DNA of 64,000 nt from positions 3,289,028 to 3,353,027 of the forward strand of contig CP129466.1 of NCBI GenBank assembly GCA_030583605.1, given 5' to 3'. A model generated the notes under the pieces. That model did not search any database, was not told the DNA's origin, and saw nothing but the letters and a program-made list of their open reading frames with translations. Shown in pieces: positions 18,279 through 28,293 of the stretch (positions are counted from its first letter, which is position 1; every line of letters begins with the position of its first letter). Made by a program: the position numbers and the translations under genes. Source of the DNA: Gammaproteobacteria bacterium. Its GTDB lineage: Bacteria; Pseudomonadota; Gammaproteobacteria; Steroidobacterales; GCA-2729495.

Positions 18279-19135
18279 GTCCGACCGGCATCAGGAACCG
18301 GGACGGATGCATCACCGCGGCGTCCGGCTTTGCCCGTGTTGCACTCCTCGCCTGTGCCGTCGCCATCGCGGGTTGCGCCACCGCGCCCAATGCCGACCTC
18401 GAGAAGGCACGCGCGAGCTACCAGGCCGCGGCCCAGAATCCCGATATTGCGCGTTACGCCTCGGTGGCCCTCTATGAGGCGAAGAAGGATCTCGACAAGG
18501 CCGAAGCCGAGCACGCCGAAGACAACGACCCCGCGGAGATTGCGCATCTTGCCGCACTGGTGGAAACCCGCGTGAAGATTGCGCGCGTGACGGCCGATAC
18601 CGGCCAGGCTCGCGCCGGCACGCAGGCGCTGCTCGAGCAGCGCGACAAGCTGCAGTTGCAGGCACGCACCGTCGCCGCGGAACGCGCCATGGAGCGCGCG
18701 CAGCAGGCGGAGAAGGCGCTGGCCGATCTGCAGGCCGAACGCACCAATCGCGGCATTGTGCTGAATTTCTCCGGGGACATCCTGTTCGATGTCAACGAAG
18801 CGACTATCTTCCCCGGCGCGCGACCCAGCCTCGATCGCGTCGTGGCGTTTCTGCGCGACAACCCCGGGCGCAACGTGCTGATCGAGGGACACACCGACAG
18901 TTCAGGCAATGACGAATACAACATGGCGCTGTCGCAGCGTCGCGCAGATGCGATCGGCAACTACCTCGTCAGCGGTGGCATTGCCGGCAGCCGGATCACG
19001 GCGCGCGGCTACGGCAGGACCATGCCGGTGGCGTCCAATGCCAGTGCCGCCGGCCGCCAGCAGAACCGGCGGGTATCCATCGTCATTCTCGACGCAGGAC
19101 AGAAAGTAACGGACCCGGTGCCGCACCGGCCCTGA
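18275..19135 (+). CDS. OmpA-family lipoprotein with DUF4398-like N-terminal half
   Basis: Lipobox VAIAGC. C-terminal OmpA peptidoglycan-binding motif: FDVNEATI...IEGHTDSSGNDEYNMALSQRRADAIGNYL...RGYGRTMPVA...NRRVSIVI. Confidence 0.85.
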   Translation: MSPTGIRNRDGCITAASGFARVALLACAVAIAGCATAPNADLEKARASYQAAAQNPDIARYASVALYEAKKDLDKAEAEHAEDNDPAEIAHLAALVETRVKIARVTADTGQARAGTQALLEQRDKLQLQARTVAAERAMERAQQAEKALADLQAERTNRGIVLNFSGDILFDVNEATIFPGARPSLDRVVAFLRDNPGRNVLIEGHTDSSGNDEYNMALSQRRADAIGNYLVSGGIAGSRITARGYGRTMPVASNASAAGRQQNRRVSIVILDAGQKVTDPVPHRP

Positions 19136-19243
19136 ATGAAACGCCCCCGGACGGGCGACGGCGGCGCCGGGCGACCGGAGCCGCGCGCCCGCCGGGCCAG
19201 GTAAAGCGCCACTGCCCAGGTCACGCCCGGATCCCCTCGACCG

Positions 19244-20143
19244 ATGTTCGACTACTTTCTCCGCCACTGGCGTGGCGAACTGCCCTTGCCGGTCGCTTGG
19301 TGGCTGAACGGCGTCGGTCTCACCGTCCTGCAACTCTGGACGGATTTGCGTGGTGGCTTGTTTGCCCTGTTCCCGGAGCCGGAGACGCGGCTGGGAATCG
19401 TTGCGATCCTCACGGCCGGCTTTCTCCTTGCGCTGCTCGTGCCCGCCTGGCAGGTCATCGGGATATTCCGCACGGCTGAACGCCGCGCTGCCGCCGGCGG
19501 TACCGTACTTGCGGCGCGGCTCGCGCAGTCCGCGACTACGCTGCTCGCGATCCTGCTCGCCACGCGCTGCATCATTGTCGCGGGCGAGAGCGTGCCCGGC
19601 GTGCGCCTCGCGCTCGGCCCGGAAAGCAGCTACTCGGTCGCAGTCAGTCACTCGGGACGTCTGCTCGAAATCCGCGGCGCCCTGACCTTCGGCCTGGCCC
19701 GCGACGTCGAGCGGGCGCTTTCCGCCCACCCGGCGGTGCGGCGCGTGCGCCTCGAGAGCGGCGGCGGAGCGCTGAGCGAGGCGCGCCGCCTGCGCGCGCT
19801 GATCGTTGCCGGCAACCTCGACACCGACAGCCGCAGCCTGTGCGCGAGCGCCTGCGTATCGGCCTACATCGGCGGTCGCAACCGGTTGCTCAGCCGGGCC
19901 GCAAGAATCGGCGTGCACCTGCCGCGCAATCCGGGTTTCGGATTGCGCCCAATCGTGAGCCCGGCCTACGCGCAGGAACTCACGTATTTTGCCGACCGGG
20001 GTGTCCCGCTATGGTTCCTGCAGCGCTGGGTACAGAGCGGACGGGAATTCTGGTATCCGACCCCGGCGCAACTGCGCGAGGCCGGCATCGTGCACACGTT
20101 CTTCGGCCGGCCCAGGCCCGGCGAGGAGTTCTACTACCGTTGA
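19244..20143 (+). CDS. membrane protein with C-terminal COG3904-like (ClpP/NfeD-like) periplasmic domain; function unknown
   Basis: 299 aa with 3-4 N-terminal hydrophobic spans. The C-terminal LEIRGALTFGLARDVERAL...ESGGGALSEARRLRALI pattern is recalled from COG3904-type proteins. Confidence 0.5.
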   Translation: MFDYFLRHWRGELPLPVAWWLNGVGLTVLQLWTDLRGGLFALFPEPETRLGIVAILTAGFLLALLVPAWQVIGIFRTAERRAAAGGTVLAARLAQSATTLLAILLATRCIIVAGESVPGVRLALGPESSYSVAVSHSGRLLEIRGALTFGLARDVERALSAHPAVRRVRLESGGGALSEARRLRALIVAGNLDTDSRSLCASACVSAYIGGRNRLLSRAARIGVHLPRNPGFGLRPIVSPAYAQELTYFADRGVPLWFLQRWVQSGREFWYPTPAQLREAGIVHTFFGRPRPGEEFYYR

Positions 20144-20209
20144 GCGGTGGCCACGCAGTGGCAAAGCCTCATCGCACAACTGCGCGATGAACCGGACAGC
20201 ACGCCCCGG

Positions 20210-20704
20210 TCAACCGCGCTGATCGACCCGGACGACGCGCAGGTCGCGCGTCATGCGGATGGCATCCTCGATGTGATCGTAATAGCCGGGCAACAGGTCC
20301 GCTTCGCTGTAGCCGAGGCCGCGGTAGAACCGGCGGGCGACCTGGTTGCCGGCGCGAACCTCCAGGTTGACCTCGAAGGTACCAGCCACCAGCGCCGTCT
20401 CTTCGAGCCAGCGCACCATGCGCTTGCCGAGACCCGCACGACGGAAGCGCGGCTCGACCGCGAGCAGGTTCAGGTGCGCTGCTTCGTCGCCGAAACCCAT
20501 GATGGCAAACCCGGCCAGCTCATCCCCCCTGCGCGCCGCCAGGACCACGCTCTCCGGATCCTGCACATGGCGCGCAACGCGGCGCGTGGTCCATGACCAG
20601 GACGGCAGTCCCGCCTCGATGAGCCGGCGTGACATGAGTGCGATCGGCACGGAATCGGCAGGGCGCGCCAGAGCGAGCGTCTCGAGGTGAGATTGTTCGT
20701 GCAC
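20210..20704 (-). CDS. GNAT N-acetyltransferase (RimI-like)
   Basis: GTG start at 20704 preceded by GGGGGAAAAAA. Acetyl-CoA motif A LLAVEPRFRRAGLGKRMV. C-terminus RRFYRGLGY. The upstream 160 codons of ORF 20210-21190 are rejected. Confidence 0.75.
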   Translation of the reverse strand: MHEQSHLETLALARPADSVPIALMSRRLIEAGLPSWSWTTRRVARHVQDPESVVLAARRGDELAGFAIMGFGDEAAHLNLLAVEPRFRRAGLGKRMVRWLEETALVAGTFEVNLEVRAGNQVARRFYRGLGYSEADLLPGYYDHIEDAIRMTRDLRVVRVDQRG

Positions 20705-20957
20705 TTTTTTCCCCCTGCGCGATTTTCGGGTGACTGTAACACCGCTGACCGCCTCGTATGAGCAGGATAGACATAACCATCCGCTGCGCAGTTGCCACGA
20801 TTGCGGCGCTGCCGTTGGCCGACCGGCACAGCATTCATTCGATGCTGCATCCCTGGGCCGGGGTCGCGGTCGATCACCCGCAGTGTCATCGATGGACGGG
20901 CGCCCGGGGCCGGATGCAAATCGGTACACTGTCCCCGGTGGTGACGGAGTCGAGCCA

Positions 20958-21476
20958 ATGACCTGGCTGCGGGCAATCCTGACGATCGCGGCTCTGGCCG
21001 CAGGGTGGGCAGCGCCGGCCGCGGCGGGCGACGACCCGTTCCAGCGCATCCGGACACTCGAAGGAGTCTGGTACGCCGTTGACGGGAAGGGCGCGGTCAC
21101 GGACCAGATCGTCAGCGTCTTCCACGTGACCGCCAACGGCCACAGCGTCCAGGAAGTCATGTTTCCCGGTGCTGCGAACGAGATGGTCAATATGTACTAC
21201 CGCGACGGCGACAGCGTGCGCATGACGCATTACTGCGCCGGCGGCAACCAGCCGACCATGCAACTGGTGCCGACCCCCGCGCAGGGCGTCATCCAGCTCG
21301 AGTTCGTCGACATCACGAACATGATCACCATGGACGACGAGCACATGCGCGAAGGCCGGTTCGAGTGGCTGGGCGACGATCGCCTGAAGACCGAGTGGCG
21401 CGTGTATCGCAACGGCCAGTTCCTGGAGGCCTCGCAATTCGAGATGGCGCGCCGCACGGAGACCCGCAGCCGCTGA
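20958..21476 (+). CDS. secreted hypothetical protein
   Basis: Start MTWLRAILTIAALAAGWAAPAAAG (signal peptide). About 150-aa mature domain with no motif I can name. Confidence 0.55.
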   Translation: MTWLRAILTIAALAAGWAAPAAAGDDPFQRIRTLEGVWYAVDGKGAVTDQIVSVFHVTANGHSVQEVMFPGAANEMVNMYYRDGDSVRMTHYCAGGNQPTMQLVPTPAQGVIQLEFVDITNMITMDDEHMREGRFEWLGDDRLKTEWRVYRNGQFLEASQFEMARRTETRSR

Positions 21477-21483
21477 CCGCGCC

Positions 21484-22779
21484 ATGACCACGGACCTCCA
21501 GCACGCCCTGCCCCATCTCTCGAGCCCGCACAACCTGCGACGCCTGGTCTGGCTTCGCATCATCGTCATACCGGGCGCCGCGATTGCGCTGCTGGTCGCC
21601 AGTCGCTTTTACCAGCTGCCGATACGCATCGCCCCGCTCGTGACCATCCTGGGCGTGCTGGCGCTGGTCAATTTCTGGACCTGGCAGCGCCTGCGCGGCG
21701 GACGGGAGATTCCGCACGCCGAGTTCTTCGCCCAGATGCTGGTGGATGTCCTCGCGCTGACCGGCATTCTTTATTACAGCGGCGGTTCAACCAACCCGTT
21801 CGCCTACCTGTTCCTGCTGCCGCTCGCGATCAGCGCCACCGTGCTGCCGCGACGGTACACCTGGCCGATGGCGGCCATCACCGCGGTGTGCTACACGTTC
21901 CTGCTCGTCTACCGCGTGCCGCTGCCGCCCTTCAGCCCGCCGGAGAACGGCTCGGGCTTCGTGATTCATGTCGTCGGCATGTGGCTCGGCTTCGTGCTGA
22001 GCGCCGTGCTGATCGCGCAGTTCGTGGTCAGCATGGGAGAAACGCTGCGCGACCAGGAGCGCAGCCTCGCCGAGGCGCGCGAACGCGCCCTGCGCGACGA
22101 ACGCGTGGTGGCCGTGGCGACGCTCGCTGCCGGCGCTGCCCACGAGTTGTCGACGCCGCTCGCGACGATGGCGCTCCTGACGACGGAACTCGCCGAAGAG
22201 TACCCATCCGACCGCTATCCCGAACTGCACGAGAGGATCGAGGTGCTGCGCGGGCAGATCCGCAAGTGCAAGGAGTCGCTCTCCGTGATCTCGGCCGGTG
22301 CCGGCGCTGACCGCGCCGACGCGGCGCGCCCGATCCGGGTCGATGCGTTCATCCGCCATGCCGTGAGTGAAGTCCACCGGTTGCGCCCGGGCGCCCGCAT
22401 CGCGGTCCGCATCGAGGGCGAGCGGCCAGCCCCTGAAATCGTCGTCGAGCGCACGCTGACCCAGGCGCTGCTCAACATCCTGCACAATGCCGTGGATGCT
22501 TCGCCAGCCGAGGTGCGCGTGATCTGCGACTGGAATGGGGATCGGGTCCGCATCGACGTCGCGGACCACGGGCCCGGCATCAGCCTCGGCGCGCTGCGAC
22601 CGGGCAGCAGGCCGGCGCGATCCACCAAGGATTCAGGGCTCGGCCTCGGCCTGTTCCTGACGCACACGGCCCTGAGCCACCTCGGCGGCGAGATCAGTTT
22701 TGCAGACGCGCCGGGCGGCGGCGCGCTGGTTTCGGTGCAACTGCCGCTTGCGCGGCAGCAGACGGGAGCATCGACATGA
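21484..22779 (+). CDS. regB: redox-responsive sensor histidine kinase, RegB/PrrB/ActS family
   Basis: Six N-terminal TM spans and H-box AAGAAHELSTPLATM. Cys in IRKCKESL sits at the position I recall for the RegB redox Cys. N and G boxes (LHNAVDAS, DHGPGI, GLGLGLF). Confidence 0.75.
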   Translation: MTTDLQHALPHLSSPHNLRRLVWLRIIVIPGAAIALLVASRFYQLPIRIAPLVTILGVLALVNFWTWQRLRGGREIPHAEFFAQMLVDVLALTGILYYSGGSTNPFAYLFLLPLAISATVLPRRYTWPMAAITAVCYTFLLVYRVPLPPFSPPENGSGFVIHVVGMWLGFVLSAVLIAQFVVSMGETLRDQERSLAEARERALRDERVVAVATLAAGAAHELSTPLATMALLTTELAEEYPSDRYPELHERIEVLRGQIRKCKESLSVISAGAGADRADAARPIRVDAFIRHAVSEVHRLRPGARIAVRIEGERPAPEIVVERTLTQALLNILHNAVDASPAEVRVICDWNGDRVRIDVADHGPGISLGALRPGSRPARSTKDSGLGLGLFLTHTALSHLGGEISFADAPGGGALVSVQLPLARQQTGAST

Positions 22780-23336
22780 CATCTGCCCCCGCCCCGGGCG
22801 CACGACCCACCATGCTCGTCGTGGATGACGACGAGATCTTCTGCGGCGTGCTGGCGCGCGCCCTGGAGCGGCGCGGCTTCAGCGTAACCACCGCGCAGTC
22901 GGTGGCGCAGGCGCGCCAGATGATCGACAGGGCACGACCGGAGTTCGCGGTCGTCGACCTGCGGATCGGCAACGACTCCGGCCTGCAACTCGTGCGGGTC
23001 CTCGCCGCCCTGGCACCGCCAACGAAATCAGTCGTGCTCACCGGTTACGGCAGCATCGCGACCGCCGTGGAAGCGGTCAAACTCGGCGCCATGCACTATC
23101 TCACCAAGCCCGTCGAGGTCGACGAGATCCTGGCGGCGCTGCAGGGCGCGCTGCCGGCGATTGGCGAAACCACCGAAGCGCACCCGAAACCCCTGTCGGT
23201 ACGGCGCGCCGAGTGGGAGCACATCCAGCGGGTGTTGAGCGAGCACGGCGGCAATATCTCGGCCGCGGCCCGCGCACTCGGCATTCACCGGCGGACCCTG
23301 CAGCGCAAGCTGCACAAGCGGCCCGTCCGCAGCTGA
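22776..23336 (+). CDS. regA: response regulator, RegA/PrrA/ActR family
   Basis: Receiver (LVVDDDE, VVDLRIG, LTKP) plus C-terminal Fis-type HTH GNISAAARALGIHRRTLQRKL. The start overlaps the regB stop. Confidence 0.8.
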   Translation: MTSAPAPGARPTMLVVDDDEIFCGVLARALERRGFSVTTAQSVAQARQMIDRARPEFAVVDLRIGNDSGLQLVRVLAALAPPTKSVVLTGYGSIATAVEAVKLGAMHYLTKPVEVDEILAALQGALPAIGETTEAHPKPLSVRRAEWEHIQRVLSEHGGNISAAARALGIHRRTLQRKLHKRPVRS

Positions 23337-23356
23337 CGGGCGCATCGCCCCGACGC

Positions 23357-24400
23357 TCAGCGCAGCGGTTCGCGGAGGCGGCCGTCGCCGTGGTCATGCG
23401 GGCGCCGGCGGTGAGCGCCGTGCGCGTCGGGCGGCACTGCCGCGTAGGCGAGATGCAGCACATCGAGCGCCGGCAGGTGATGCATGGCGGCCTCGCGCAG
23501 GCGCGCCGCAATTGCTGCGCCTTCGTGCACCGGCAGATCCGGGTCCACGACGAGATCGGCTTCCGCATGCAGGCGGTGCCCGATCCAGCGGGCGCGAATG
23601 TTGTCGAGACGTTTGACGCCCCGGACGTGTTCCGCGGTGTGACGCAACTCGGCCAGCACCTCCGGCTCGACACCATCCAGCATGCGGGAGAACACCGCCT
23701 TCGCGGACTGCCAGACGATGCCGAAGATCATCGTGGTGATGACCAGGCCGACCACCGGATCAGCCAGGGGCAAGCCCAGCCACACACCAAACGCCCCGAG
23801 CACGACCGCCAGGCTGGTCAGCCCGTCCACACGCGCGTGGTAGCCGTCGGCGATGAGCGCGGCGCTCCGGATCTCGCGGCCGATGCGGATGCGAAACACC
23901 GCGACCGCCTCGTTGCCGGCGAAACCGATGACGCCGGCCGCAGCCACGGCGCCGAGAAACGCGATCGGTCGCGGGTCAAACAAGCGCTCTACGGCCTGGT
24001 AACCGGCAACGATTGCACTGAAGAGGATCAGCGCCACGACGATGACGCCGGCCAGGTCTTCCACACGGCCGTAGCCGTAGGTGAACCGCTCGGTCGGCTT
24101 GCGCCGCGCGAACCAGAAAGCCACGTACAGCGGCACGGCCGTCGCCGCGTCGCCGAGGTTGTGGATCGTGTCGGCCAGCAACGCCACGCTGCCCGACAGC
24201 CAGACCACGAGCATCTGCACGATGGCAGTGAGGGTCAATCCGATGAACGACCACTTGATCGCCCAGATGCCCCTGTCGGTGGTGGCAATCGTCGGGTCCG
24301 GAGCGCCGTGCACATGGCCGTGACCCTGGGCAAGGTGACTGTGCCCCGCGGCACCGAATCCGAGCCAGTCCAGCGCTGTCCTGATCATGGCCTTGCCCAC
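23357..24400 (-). CDS. cation diffusion facilitator (CDF) metal efflux transporter, DmeF/CzcD-like
   Basis: Six TM spans with CDF signature in TM2/TM5 (LLADTIHNLGDA, ADGYHARVDGLTSL). His-rich N-terminus (GHSHLAQGHGHVHG) and C-terminus. Confidence 0.85.
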   Translation of the reverse strand: MGKAMIRTALDWLGFGAAGHSHLAQGHGHVHGAPDPTIATTDRGIWAIKWSFIGLTLTAIVQMLVVWLSGSVALLADTIHNLGDAATAVPLYVAFWFARRKPTERFTYGYGRVEDLAGVIVVALILFSAIVAGYQAVERLFDPRPIAFLGAVAAAGVIGFAGNEAVAVFRIRIGREIRSAALIADGYHARVDGLTSLAVVLGAFGVWLGLPLADPVVGLVITTMIFGIVWQSAKAVFSRMLDGVEPEVLAELRHTAEHVRGVKRLDNIRARWIGHRLHAEADLVVDPDLPVHEGAAIAARLREAAMHHLPALDVLHLAYAAVPPDAHGAHRRRPHDHGDGRLREPLR

Positions 24401-24415
24401 GTGCGTTCTTTCCGG

Positions 24416-24721
24416 TCAGAGGTAGCGGGTGATCTTCTTGAACTTCTCGATGGTGGCGCGCTGCTCGCGCGTCGCCGGACCCATCGCCGCCTCGAGGCAG
24501 TGCTCGACGTGGTCGTGGATCAGCACCGCCTTGGCGCCTTCCAGCGCCCTGATCACCGCCTGCATCTGCTGCGCGACATCGAGGCAGTCACGCTGCCTCT
24601 CGATCATGCCGATGATCGTCTGCAGGTGCCCGTCGGCTCGCTTGAGCCGGTTGATCACTTCCCCGTGGCTGGCGTGGATATGGGGTTGCAGATCACTCTG
24701 GCGGCGCGCGACGGCTGGCAT
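24416..24721 (-). CDS. CsoR/RcnR/FrmR-family metal-sensing repressor (DmeR/RcnR-like)
   Basis: 101 aa; RLKRADGHLQTIIGMIERQRDCLDVAQQMQAVIRALEGA...HDHVEHC (DUF156 helical-bundle pattern). 15 nt upstream of the CDF gene. Confidence 0.85.
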   Translation of the reverse strand: MPAVARRQSDLQPHIHASHGEVINRLKRADGHLQTIIGMIERQRDCLDVAQQMQAVIRALEGAKAVLIHDHVEHCLEAAMGPATREQRATIEKFKKITRYL

Positions 24722-24754
24722 GGCGGTGTGCTCCCTGGCCCGGAGGCGGCAGCG

Positions 24755-24773
24755 TATCCCCTCCAGGGGGATA
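24755..24773. promoter_or_regulatory. candidate CsoR/RcnR-type operator TATCCCC-TCCAG-GGGGATA
   Basis: Perfect 7-bp inverted arms with C/G tracts flanked by AT ends, 34-52 nt upstream of the repressor start codon. This architecture is typical of this repressor family. Confidence 0.6.
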
Positions 24774-24804
24774 GGTCAACGCGCGAGCGCGCGGGCCCAC
24801 GATA

Positions 24805-25305
24805 GGTTCTTCGCCGATCTGCGGGAATGCAGCGGCTCGCTGGTGGACGATGCGGTGGTCGTGCCCCCGGCGCGTGCCGCTCCTCGCACGTCCCTGTGCT
24901 CGTCGCTATGGGTTGCGCCGGCTGCGGCCCTCCTGGCAGCCGGCTCCACACATGCCCGCGCCGGGGCCGTGACCACCGCTGCATCCGCCTCGCCAGGGGC
25001 GATGTGTCGCACGACGACCGGGGCGTGGATCCGGATGCCAGGGTGGTGCGACTGCGCCCGTCTCCGGGCCGAGCCCATCAGCCGGCTGGCCGAGCAGGCG
25101 TAGCGAGCAAGGCTAAGCTCGCAGAGGCAGCGGCAGGGATGCCGCTGCTGCGCGCCCACGAGACCAGGGATGTCGAGTGGCGCGCACTCCGCAGCGAGCA
25201 CGCCTGCGAGGGCACCCGCAGGGCCAGCCGGCGGCGAGACCCGGGGATGGGCGGAGTCCTATGCAGCCTTCGCCGCATGATGACCTCGCAGATCGGCGAA
25301 GAACC
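24805..25305 (+). mobile_element. MITE-like non-autonomous element, copy 2 (501 bp)
   Basis: Perfect 19-bp terminal inverted repeats (GGTTCTTCGCCGATCTGCG ... CGCAGATCGGCGAAGAACC). Perfect 8-bp direct duplication CCACGATA at 24797-24804 and 25306-25313. Confidence 0.85.
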
Positions 25306-25442
25306 CCACGATATGAAGAACAGCAGGGCCGCCGGTGTCGGCGCACTGCCGGACGAGGAACTGCGGGAACGGATCGCGGCCGACGTCGGCAGCCACTGGC
25401 CCGCAACGGGGCGAGGCGGTGCCGGGCCGCCCGGGGCGGGCT

Positions 25443-27572
25443 TCAGTCGCGCCGCTTGCGGCGCGGCGGCGTGGCGCCGGGTGCGTCCGGCAGCCCGGTG
25501 TGCTGGGTGCGAAACGACAGCCCGCGGCGCGGCTGGCGGCGGCCTTCGTGGTGCCGGCCGGTGCCGGTCGGCTGCCAGGCAGGAACGAGCTGGTGGGGCG
25601 CACTGCCGATGAGGTCGGCTCGCCCCATGCGGCGCAATGCATCGCGCAGCATCGGCCAGTTCTCCGCATCGTGATAGCGCAGGAATGCCTTGTGCAGGCG
25701 TCGCACCTTCAGGCCCCTCGGGATACGCACGTTCTCGCTCGATCGCGTTACGCGCCGCAGCGGATTCTTGCCCGAATAGTACATGGCGGTGGCCGTGGCC
25801 ATCGGCGCCGGCAGGAATGCCTGCACCTGGTCGGCCCGGTAGCCGTTTTGTTTCAGCCACAACGCCAGCTCGAGCATGTCCTCATCGCTCGTGCCGGGAT
25901 GGGCGGCGATGAAATACGGGATCAGGTACTGCTCCTTGCCCGCTTCGGCCGAGTATCGGTCGAACAGCTCGCGGAACCGGTGATACGGCGCGAGACCCGG
26001 CTTCATCATCTTGGTGAGCGGCCCTTCCGAGATCGCCTCGGGCGCGATCTTGAGGTAACCGCCGACGTGGTGCTGCACGAGTTCCTTCACGTACTCGGGC
26101 GACTCTGCCGCGAGGTCGTAGCGTACGCCCGAGGCGATCAGCACCTTGCGGATGCCCGGCAGCTCGCGCGCCTTGCGGTACAGGCGAATCAGCGACGTGT
26201 GGTCGGTGTTGAGGTTCGGGCAGACCCCCGGGTACACGCATGACGGGCGACGACAGGCAGCCTCGATCTTGCGGCTCCGGCAAGCGAGCCGGTACATGTT
26301 GGCCGTGGGACCACCGAGATCGGAGATGACGCCGGTGAAGCCCGGCACCGTATCGCGCACCCGCTCGATCTCGCGCAGCACGGACTTCTCCGACCGGCTC
26401 TGGATGATGCGCCCCTCGTGCTCCGTGATCGAGCAGAAGGTGCAGCCGCCGAAGCAGCCGCGCTGGATCGCCACCGAGAAGCGGATCATCTCGTAAGCGG
26501 GAATCTTTGCCGTCCCGTAGACCGGGTGCGGCCGGCGCTGGTACGGCAACTCGTAGATGCCGTCCATCTCGCTGGTCGTCAGCGGCAGCGGCGGCGGGTT
26601 CAGCCAGACATCCATGTCGCCGTGACGCTGCACCAGCGCACGCGCGTTGCCCGGGTTCGACTCCAGGTGCAGGATGCGCGAGGCATGTGCATAGAGCACC
26701 GGGTCTGCAGCCACCTCGCTGTAACCCGGGATGCGGATGACGCAGTGCGAGCGCTCGGCGTTGTCCACCTCGCGCGAGGCATGGACGATGCGGTGATCGG
26801 CCGCCGCGCCGGTTTCAGGCGGCGGAGGAGGTGCGACCGCAGCCGCCGGTGCGCCGGGCGCCTCGATGCTCGTGGAGTCGATCTCGATCCATTCCGGCGT
26901 GATGTGCCGGCGCACGAACGCCGTCCCGCGCACGTCGGTAATGGCGCTGATCGGCTCGCCCCCCTCGAGCCGGTGTGCGATCTCGGCGATCTGCCGCTCG
27001 CCGTTGCCGAACACCAGCATGTCGGCTTTTGCATCGAGCAGGATCGAACGGCGCACCTTCTCCGACCAGTAATCGAAATGCGCGATCCGGCGCAACGAAG
27101 CCTCGATGCCGCCGATGACCACCGGCACGCCGGGGTATGCCTCGCGCGCACGCTGGGAGTAAACGATCACCGAGCGGTCCGGCCGGTGGCCGCCCGCGCC
27201 GCCGGCGGTATAAGCGTCGTCGCTGCGGATCCGCCGGTCCGACGTGTAGCGGTTGACCATGGAGTCCATGTTGCCGGCGGTGATCCCGAAGAACAGCCGC
27301 GGCCGGCCCAGGGCCCGAAACGCCGCCACGTCCTGCCAGTCCGGCTGCGAGAGGATGCCGACCCGAAAACCCTGGGCCTCGAGGAAACGGCCGACGATCG
27401 CCATGCCGAAACTCGGGTGGTCCACGTAGGCGTCGCCGGTCACCAGAATGACGTCGCATTGCTCCCAGCCGAGCGCTGCCCGTTCTGCGCCGCTCATCGG
27501 CAGGAACGGCGCCGCAGCGGCCGGCGCGCGCTCCGGTTTCGGGTAGGAAAAGAGGTTACGTGCCGCGTGCAT
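25443..27572 (-). CDS. ygiQ: YgiQ-family radical SAM protein (UPF0313)
   Basis: From Met 27572: [57 protein letters not shown] is near-identical in pattern to E. coli YgiQ. CFGGCTFC radical-SAM cluster and a basic C-terminal tail. Confidence 0.9.
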   Translation of the reverse strand: MHAARNLFSYPKPERAPAAAAPFLPMSGAERAALGWEQCDVILVTGDAYVDHPSFGMAIVGRFLEAQGFRVGILSQPDWQDVAAFRALGRPRLFFGITAGNMDSMVNRYTSDRRIRSDDAYTAGGAGGHRPDRSVIVYSQRAREAYPGVPVVIGGIEASLRRIAHFDYWSEKVRRSILLDAKADMLVFGNGERQIAEIAHRLEGGEPISAITDVRGTAFVRRHITPEWIEIDSTSIEAPGAPAAAVAPPPPPETGAAADHRIVHASREVDNAERSHCVIRIPGYSEVAADPVLYAHASRILHLESNPGNARALVQRHGDMDVWLNPPPLPLTTSEMDGIYELPYQRRPHPVYGTAKIPAYEMIRFSVAIQRGCFGGCTFCSITEHEGRIIQSRSEKSVLREIERVRDTVPGFTGVISDLGGPTANMYRLACRSRKIEAACRRPSCVYPGVCPNLNTDHTSLIRLYRKARELPGIRKVLIASGVRYDLAAESPEYVKELVQHHVGGYLKIAPEAISEGPLTKMMKPGLAPYHRFRELFDRYSAEAGKEQYLIPYFIAAHPGTSDEDMLELALWLKQNGYRADQVQAFLPAPMATATAMYYSGKNPLRRVTRSSENVRIPRGLKVRRLHKAFLRYHDAENWPMLRDALRRMGRADLIGSAPHQLVPAWQPTGTGRHHEGRRQPRRGLSFRTQHTGLPDAPGATPPRRKRRD

Positions 27573-27630
27573 GGCGCTATGGTACCGGAGGCGGGTGCGG
27601 GCAGGCGTGGCCGTTCGGTACCATAGCGTC

Positions 27631-28293
27631 ATGCGATTGCTGCTGGTCGAGGACGACACCATGATCGGCGAGGCCGTCCGCCTCGGGCTGCGCCGGCAGG
27701 GCCTCGCCGTGGACTGGGTGCAGGACGGCGCCGCGGCCAAGGCGGCGCTGTCGGCCGAGAACTTCGACCTGATGCTGCTCGACCTCGGCCTGCCGAAGCT
27801 CGACGGATTGCAGCTGCTGCAGTGGCTGCGAGGCACCGGCAGCACGCTGCCGGTGCTGATCCTGACCGCCCGGGACTCGGTCGAAGACCGGATCAAGGGC
27901 CTCGACGCCGGCGCCGACGATTACATCGTCAAGCCCTTCGACCTCGACGAACTCGCCGCGCGCCTGCGCGCCGTGCTGCGCCGCCAGACGGGCCGCGCCG
28001 AGAACCTCGTAGAGCACCTCGGCGTGACGCTGAATCCTGCCAGCCGCGAAGTGACTCGGGACGGGGTGGCCATCAACCTGTCTCACCGCGAGTTCGCGTT
28101 GCTCGAAGCGCTGATCGACAGGCCCGGCCAGGTGCTCTCGCGCACGCAGCTCGAGGAACGGCTCTACGGCTGGGGCGAGGAAGTCGAGAGCAACGCGGTC
28201 GAGGTCCACATCCATAACCTGCGCAAGAAACTCGGCGCCGATTACATCCAGAACGTGCGCGGAGTCGGTTACCGGCTGCGCGCCGCTTCATGA
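27631..28293 (+). CDS. OmpR-family response regulator (QseB/BasR-like)
   Basis: [26 protein letters not shown], and a winged-helix C-terminus ([12 protein letters not shown]...[11 protein letters not shown]). Confidence 0.85.
   Translation: MRLLLVEDDTMIGEAVRLGLRRQGLAVDWVQDGAAAKAALSAENFDLMLLDLGLPKLDGLQLLQWLRGTGSTLPVLILTARDSVEDRIKGLDAGADDYIVKPFDLDELAARLRAVLRRQTGRAENLVEHLGVTLNPASREVTRDGVAINLSHREFALLEALIDRPGQVLSRTQLEERLYGWGEEVESNAVEVHIHNLRKKLGADYIQNVRGVGYRLRAAS

Noticed and set aside
25443-27896. 817-aa version of the ygiQ ORF.
   Set aside because: The first 108 codons overlap the divergent response-regulator gene region and are Ser/Arg/Pro-rich. Homology-like sequence starts at Met 27572.
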